This document shows, one piece after another, positions 58,525-64,000 of a stretch of DNA of 64,000 bases; positions within the stretch are counted from its first letter, which is position 1; each line of letters begins with the position of its first letter. The notes below the pieces were generated by a model. The model made no database searches. It was not told the DNA's origin and saw only the letters and a list, made by a program, of their open reading frames with translations. A program made the position numbers and the translations under genes. This stretch comes from Dimorphilus gyrociliatus. Its lineage: Eukaryota; Animalia; Annelida. Where the stretch lies: contig CAJFCJ010000038.1 in NCBI GenBank assembly GCA_904063045.1, positions 100,315-164,314 on the forward strand, in the 5' to 3' direction.

Positions 58525-61500
58525 AATAAGGATGAGAATATATGTTCAGTTTTAGACAAAGCAGCATCAATGCCCAAATCATTAGCAAAGTTTATGTGCT
58601 CTTTATGTCTTGTTAAAGTGTCTTGAATGTATTCTAAAACTTGTTGAACTTGTTGTTGCTTCTTACCAACATCCTCTTTTATACCAAGCTGTATTAATTC
58701 AGTAAGTCTAGCAACCTCTAATTTTGGTTCTTCAATTTCATTGCTTATTTTCATTCTGATTGATTGTGCTGCTGCAGTCTGAAATCTGCATCCTTTCTTT
58801 GTGTAATAGATGAATGTTTTCTTTCCAGAATACATTGCTTGTTGATTGTGTTCAATGTCCAGTGGGTTTTTCTTAATTTTGAACAGGTGTTGTGTTTGGT
58901 CACAATCTCCATATCTTATATCTTCTTTTGTTATGTGGTAAGCATGATGGAGTATTGGATCAACTGAGAATAAGAGATCTTTATACTTGATGAGAAATTC
59001 TTTGGAGCATAATCCATTTTTGGTGATAATTGTTGTATCACACACTACTTGAACTGATTTTAATTCTGTACAAGTATTTAAGGTTGTTAGATCACCAAGC
59101 CATGTACTGTGCATTCCATGCTTAGATCCAAGTATTGTTGGTAGTTGAGGTGCCAATGGTGTGAGTAATGCTACCATCTTGTTTCTCATAATGAATTCTT
59201 TGCATAGAAGTTGTGATACTTGTTTGAAAACTGTTTGTAAATTTTGGAAATTTTTATCAATGTTATTTAATAAAGCAGATGTTCGAATAGCATCTGCTAT
59301 GTCTATTTTGTGAAATTTTGGCATCTGTATGCTTTCTGATACTCTTCTCCTCCATTCATGCTTCTTTGGTGTTCTTTGCAAAAGTGTAAATTTTCCATTT
59401 GCTTGATGTGTTTGAAATTGTTTATCTTTTGGACTTTGGTACCAAGTGTCCAGTCTTGGTAATGGATTGAAACTAATTTTCTTCTTGTTGAGTTCAAAAT
59501 CTTCTGCTTTTGCCATTCTAGCAGGTTCCATTTTGGTTGTTTTCAACATTTTGAGTATGTATTTGTTGTTAATATCCCATATATCAGGTGAGATTATTTC
59601 TCTGACCATCCAGGTCCTAACCAATGGTGTTACATGATTTTTGATCAGCATATGATAAGTCTTGTCACCATCTCTATACCAATCATTATAGGTTAGTATA
59701 TTTTGTATTTCTGTATTATTTGCTTTTCTCAAAGTTGATATCTTTCCATCATAATTCTGCAATCTTGCAACTTCTTTGTTTGAAATGATTTTATATTTGA
59801 TATCTGCCATCATTCTGTTATCAGCATAATTTGAATTTGTAAGATCAGTTCTTAATAAGTCGTATTCCTTCTGGGGTACTAAAATTCTTGTTCCAGGACC
59901 ACCATATCCTTTGATATATCTATCTTGATAAGGTAAATCCATTATTGCATAGTTGGGACATGAAAAATATCCTCCAAGCTTAATGCACTCTACATTGTAG
60001 GATACTGCTTTCCATGGGGATTCATGACCAAGGAGATTTTGTCCTTTCTGAGGATTGAAAATAATAATGGAATCCAGAGTTCTACAAAATTTATGTTTGA
60101 TAGAACAGTCCTCTAAATATTCCAAGTTGGTTGTTATCTTATCCTGACTTGGGTGCCAATAAGCTTTGCCAATTTGGAGAATTGTTGTAAATTCTTCAAC
60201 CACTGTTGTTCTTGGCCATTTGTAGTTTGATCCTTTGTTTTCATTGTACATTAGAAGGTTTCCTTTTTCAATGAGTTTTTGTCCATTTAAGGTCTTTTTT
60301 GACAATAACATTTTTCTGCATTGTTTGTCACTTAAGGTAAGTGTTTGTTTTTCAACTCTGTGTTTCTTTGCTCCAAAGAAGTAATGAGTGTAAAAGTTGA
60401 TTCTTCTCTTTACCAAACACTTAACAGCTTGTATTGCCAAATTATCAGCTTTAATTTCATAAATATTTGCCATTATTTTGGTCATTTGTTTAGTTTTGAA
60501 TGTGCAAATTGGTTCATCAGCCAGATCAAATGACTGATGTACTTGTTGCCCTTGACAGAATTGTACTGAAGGAAGCATTCTCACAGTTATGTTTGCTTTT
60601 GTTATTGATACATTTCCCTGAACCAAGTTTAATAAGCATAGCGCTAGCAGAGTGTAAACAATGGATCCTCTTATAGGAAGTGTTCCAACTTTCCTTTCTT
60701 GTTTCTCTACCTTGAGTGTGTTAACTCTAGTTGGTTGTTTGTTAGCCAATCTTAGTCTACTAGCATGGTAGAATTTTCTTTTGCCATTTAATATTTCCAA
60801 TTCATAAAGACATTTTGTAGTATCAGTAGCAGTTACAATGTATGGTCCACTCCATTTGCTTGTATTTATCCTATTCATTCCTTGACCAATGTGTTCATTT
60901 TTTATGTGTACCCATTCACCAATTTGGTAAGTTGGGGGTTTTCTTGTGATAGTTTTGTTTACTCTATCTCTATATGCCTTCTTTTTCATGACAGATTTGC
61001 ACAATGCAGTAGCTCTTATTTCTTCCATTTCATGTTTTCTATCAAATAGAAATTTTGTTGTTGGTTCTAATCTTGGAACTTCCATTAACAAATCTAAGAC
61101 ATTCCTATTCTTCAATCCAAATAATATTTCATGTGGAGTTTTGCCTGTGCTTCCCACTGGAATTTGGTTTAAGCATGTTTGAATTATTGGTAATTGTCTT
61201 GTCCAATCTGTTAATTGTTCCATAACTACATGTTTATGTAGTGCTCTGCGAATTTCCAAATTCTTTCTTTCTACCATTCCATTACTTTGGCTATGGAATG
61301 CTGTTGTTTTTATTTTCCTTATTCCCATTGATGTAACCATCTCTGTAAATATTTCCCCCAGAAAATTCCGTCCTTGGTCTGTGAGAATTTCTTCTGGAAT
61401 ACCAAATATTGGAAAGTAGTTAAAAAACAAGTGTTTTGATATTTCTTCAGCTGTCTGAGTTTTTAATGGAAATAGGTTTGTAAATCTTGACATGTGATCT

Positions 61501-61796
61501 ATAATGACAAGTATGTATTTGTAAGATTCATGTCCTGTTAGTGGTCCCATTATGTCCATTGCAATTCTTTGCATTGGTAGAGTTGGATGGGGTGTTTCAA
61601 CCAATAGATGTTTGTTTCCAGGTGCTCTTAATTGTTCACAGAATTTGCAATTCTTTATATGGTCTTTAATTGTTTTCTTAAGTTGTGGATGCCAGAAAGC
61701 TTGTTCCAAAGTATGAATTGTTATGTCTACACCATAGTGTTCAAATATTTGATGTTGATGTATTTGGTTCAGTAGGTTGTTAAAGTTAGTAGTGAA
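58521..61796 (-). CDS. Uninterrupted integrase - signal peptide - envelope-like glycoprotein fusion ORF (TM anchor missing by truncation)
   Basis: Open frame from ~61796 (EHYGVDITIHTLEQAFW) through the integrase and GPY motif, then hydrophobic GSIVYTLLALCLLNLVQG (60615-60668) and a Cys-rich ectodomain (AVKC..FYTHYFFG..CRKM..YKWP..CSIKHKFCRT; LLC..LG..GDL...C..CSKEF..VDP). The stop codon comes from the antisense LRR sequence. Confidence 0.8.
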   Translation of the reverse strand, partial: FTTNFNNLLNQIHQHQIFEHYGVDITIHTLEQAFWHPQLKKTIKDHIKNCKFCEQLRAPGNKHLLVETPHPTLPMQRIAMDIMGPLTGHESYKYILVIIDHMSRFTNLFPLKTQTAEEISKHLFFNYFPIFGIPEEILTDQGRNFLGEIFTEMVTSMGIRKIKTTAFHSQSNGMVERKNLEIRRALHKHVVMEQLTDWTRQLPIIQTCLNQIPVGSTGKTPHEILFGLKNRNVLDLLMEVPRLEPTTKFLFDRKHEMEEIRATALCKSVMKKKAYRDRVNKTITRKPPTYQIGEWVHIKNEHIGQGMNRINTSKWSGPYIVTATDTTKCLYELEILNGKRKFYHASRLRLANKQPTRVNTLKVEKQERKVGTLPIRGSIVYTLLALCLLNLVQGNVSITKANITVRMLPSVQFCQGQQVHQSFDLADEPICTFKTKQMTKIMANIYEIKADNLAIQAVKCLVKRRINFYTHYFFGAKKHRVEKQTLTLSDKQCRKMLLSKKTLNGQKLIEKGNLLMYNENKGSNYKWPRTTVVEEFTTILQIGKAYWHPSQDKITTNLEYLEDCSIKHKFCRTLDSIIIFNPQKGQNLLGHESPWKAVSYNVECIKLGGYFSCPNYAIMDLPYQDRYIKGYGGPGTRILVPQKEYDLLRTDLTNSNYADNRMMADIKYKIISNKEVARLQNYDGKISTLRKANNTEIQNILTYNDWYRDGDKTYHMLIKNHVTPLVRTWMVREIISPDIWDINNKYILKMLKTTKMEPARMAKAEDFELNKKKISFNPLPRLDTWYQSPKDKQFQTHQANGKFTLLQRTPKKHEWRRRVSESIQMPKFHKIDIADAIRTSALLNNIDKNFQNLQTVFKQVSQLLCKEFIMRNKMVALLTPLAPQLPTILGSKHGMHSTWLGDLTTLNTCTELKSVQVVCDTTIITKNGLCSKEFLIKYKDLLFSVDPILHHAYHITKEDIRYGDCDQTQHLFKIKKNPLDIEHNQQAMYSGKKTFIYYTKKGCRFQTAAAQSIRMKISNEIEEPKLEVARLTELIQLGIKEDVGKKQQQVQQVLEYIQDTLTRHKEHINFANDLGIDAALSKTEHIFSSLL

Positions 61797-64000
61797 TTAC
61801 CAGTAATGGTTGACAACCATTCAGATACCATACTAAATCATCTTTGACAAACATATGTTCAATAAAATTTTGTATTCCTTGAACATTTCAACATCAATAT
61901 TTGCTCCTTCCAATTTTCTACAATTTCATTAGCGTGTCATCCAAAACTTTTCAGTGTAGAAGTTTATCTCAACAGGTTTATTTTTTAATTTCATGACCTG
62001 TAATTTTTGTCATCTGCTTCTTCATCATAACCATCATTATTGTCTAAAATTCATCCAAACAATCAGCTAAGTCTTCTAAATCTTCTGTATCAATATAAAA
62101 GCATTAAGCATATCCTTTCTTTCTGCTAATTGTGGAATTGTATTGCCATTTTTTTTCTTCATTTAGTCTTTCCTTTAGTAAATTTCGGAAATCAATAATT
62201 CATCAGTTTCTCCAATTCTGGATATCCAGTCTGCTCTGTTGGTTCTTCCAGTATGTAAATTATTTCAAAGTCCATATCCATAAGTGCCATAACCCATTTA
62301 ACAGTACTTGAATTTAATTTGTTTGTACAAATGTTTGTACCAAATTTTGGTGATCAGTGTAAAGAAAAAATTTCTTATACTGCAAGTAATGGGAGAATTT
62401 TGTACTGCCCAATAGACTGCAAAAGCTTCTTTTTGATAAGCTGCATACCTTAGTTGTGTATTGATTAGGAGTTTGAAGCAAAAGAAATTGGCTTTCTTAT
62501 TTTCTTTCCATCTTCTTCCCATTCTTGTTCTAAAACTGCACCAACTGCATAATTGGAGCATCTGTTGTTAGATAGAATGGTTTACTAAAATCAGGTAGTT
62601 GAAGTATTGGTGGTTCTGTCATTGATTTCTTTAGTGTCTGATACGCTTTCTCTGCTTCTGTAGTCCATTTTAGTCTTTCAGTCTTCTGATGTAGTTTTAA
62701 TAATTCTCTCAAGGTTTTGTAATTTTTGCAAAGTCCTTGATAAATCTTCTATAATAACACACAAAATGCACAAAACTTAGTAAAGTATTTGCAAACATTG
62801 GTAATTCAGCATCTTTTATCTTTTGAATCTTTTCTGGATCAGTTTCAATACCATTCTGTGTAATTCTATGACCAAGAAATTGTACTGATCTTGTAGAAAT
62901 GCACATTTGCTTAACTTGATTCTGAAGTCCTTTTCTTTGATTCTTTCCATCAGTTTCTGTAGACTTGTGTAGTGTTCCTCCAATTTTGTAAAAACAATAA
63001 TATCATCCATATAGTTAATACAGAAATTTTCCAATCCATTTATGACAAAATTTGCCATAATATAGCTGAAGTGTGAGGGTGCATTTGCTAAACCAAAAGG
63101 CATTCGATTAAATTCAAATAGACCAAATGGTGTTATGAAAGCAGTTTTTCTTTGTCTTCTTCCTTGATAGGATGTGGTGAAATGCACTTGTCAAATCCAA
63201 GATGGAAAAGTATTTATGTCCTCCTCCAAGTTGTCAAATAAATCTTCTTGGTGGGATTGGATAACAATTCTTTTTGAATGCTTGTTAAGTTTTCTGTAAT
63301 CTACACACATTCTTAATGTTCCTTCTTTCTTTTTCACAAAAACAATTGGTGAAGCCCATTGGCTTTTGCTTGCTCTAATCAAACCATTTGCTAATAATCC
63401 ATTAAGTGTTCCCTACATTCCTGTGTTTGTTGGTGTAATCTGTATGTCTTTGTTTAAAAGGTTTCACATCTTCCAATAATTCAATTGCCATTGGTGAACA
63501 TCTGTGAGCCAATGTCATTTTGATTTGTAGCAATAATGTCTTCATAATTCTTGATGATTTCTTTCAATTCTTCCCTGATTTTGTCAGGATTATTTTGGAC
63601 ACATGTAAATAGTTGTCAATTTCTACTGTAGTTGAATTAATGTGGTGTATATTTTGATTAGACATATGTTCAAACTCAACACTTTCAGCAATTTCTATCT
63701 CAGGAGTTGCTGGAGTTTTCATTTGTTCTTTTCAACTTTGATAGTTATTCATCCTTTAATTCTATGTATTGTGTTTTCATTTCCATTTCTGTAATTAATT
63801 CTTCAGATTCAGTTTCAGTTTCTTCAGCAGATGAGTTAATGATAATAACTGAGTCATTGTCTGAATCTGTTGTTGCCATTTTCTTCTTCAGATGACTTTA
63901 TACCATTAACAATATCCAAATCTGAGTCTGAGTTATGCTCTGGTTCATTACTCATCTCTGTATCATAATTTTCAAAGAAACTCAAAGTTTCATTTGAGCC
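58525..64000 (-). mobile_element. Ty3/Gypsy LTR retrotransposon with env-like gene (3' end and LTR absent; 5' end beyond the window)
   Basis: Order RT - RNase H - integrase - env on the minus strand: [38 protein letters not shown] (63002-63013), YLTTDA, YAAYQKEAFAVYWAV, HHCC zinc finger, D-D-E core (MDIMG, TDQG, VERKN), GPY module. Confidence 0.95.
61800..63420 (-). pseudogene. Frameshifted RT/RNase H region of the Gypsy element
   Basis: Split across at least five short ORFs in changing frames (63191-63382, 62816-63187, 62709-62906, 62530-62712, 62298-62561). TDAS is broken to TDAP by an indel. Confidence 0.9.

Noticed and set aside
63707-63895. Plus-strand ORF rich in Ser/Val/Ile/Phe
   Set aside because: Antisense shadow of the acidic linker upstream of RT on the minus strand.

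Overview
AT-rich eukaryotic (invertebrate animal) genomic DNA with short GT-AG introns of about 50-100 bp. The gene families suggest a lophotrochozoan with a compact genome, possibly an annelid; this is inference. The window has four parts. (1) 1-3.2 kb: 3' part of an intronless VWD-EGF-cadherin type I membrane protein gene. (2) 3.3-19.8 kb: CpG-poor stretch of decayed elements: Mutator-type MITEs with 9-bp TSDs, a MULE transposase relic interrupted by RING and LRR fragments, an ADAMTS-like pseudogene, a Gypsy protease relic, a KY/hillarin-like pseudogene ending in a dynein MTBD-like domain, and an NLR-type LRR fragment. (3) 19.8-44.6 kb: CpG-rich stretch with a ~21-kb multi-exon polycystin-1 (PKD1L/REJ) family gene carrying a large multi-lectin N-terminus, plus a small spliced PAN/apple gene that the ORF track misses. 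(4) 44.6-64 kb: CpG-poor again, with an LTR-like piece, an HNH-like relic, and a single-exon 3237-aa NACHT-LRR (NLR) gene. Its ribonuclease-inhibitor-type LRRs form a 171-bp array with higher-order (684/1368-bp) structure and mosaic shuffling. The array abuts, in opposite orientation, a Gypsy element whose RT/RNase H is frameshifted but whose integrase is fused in-frame to an uninterrupted (3'-truncated) class III (Borna/Nyami/Chu-like) envelope-like glycoprotein. The strongest novelty candidates are the shuffled LRR array, the integrase-env fusion, the Pack-MULE-like capture and the polycystin lectin array.
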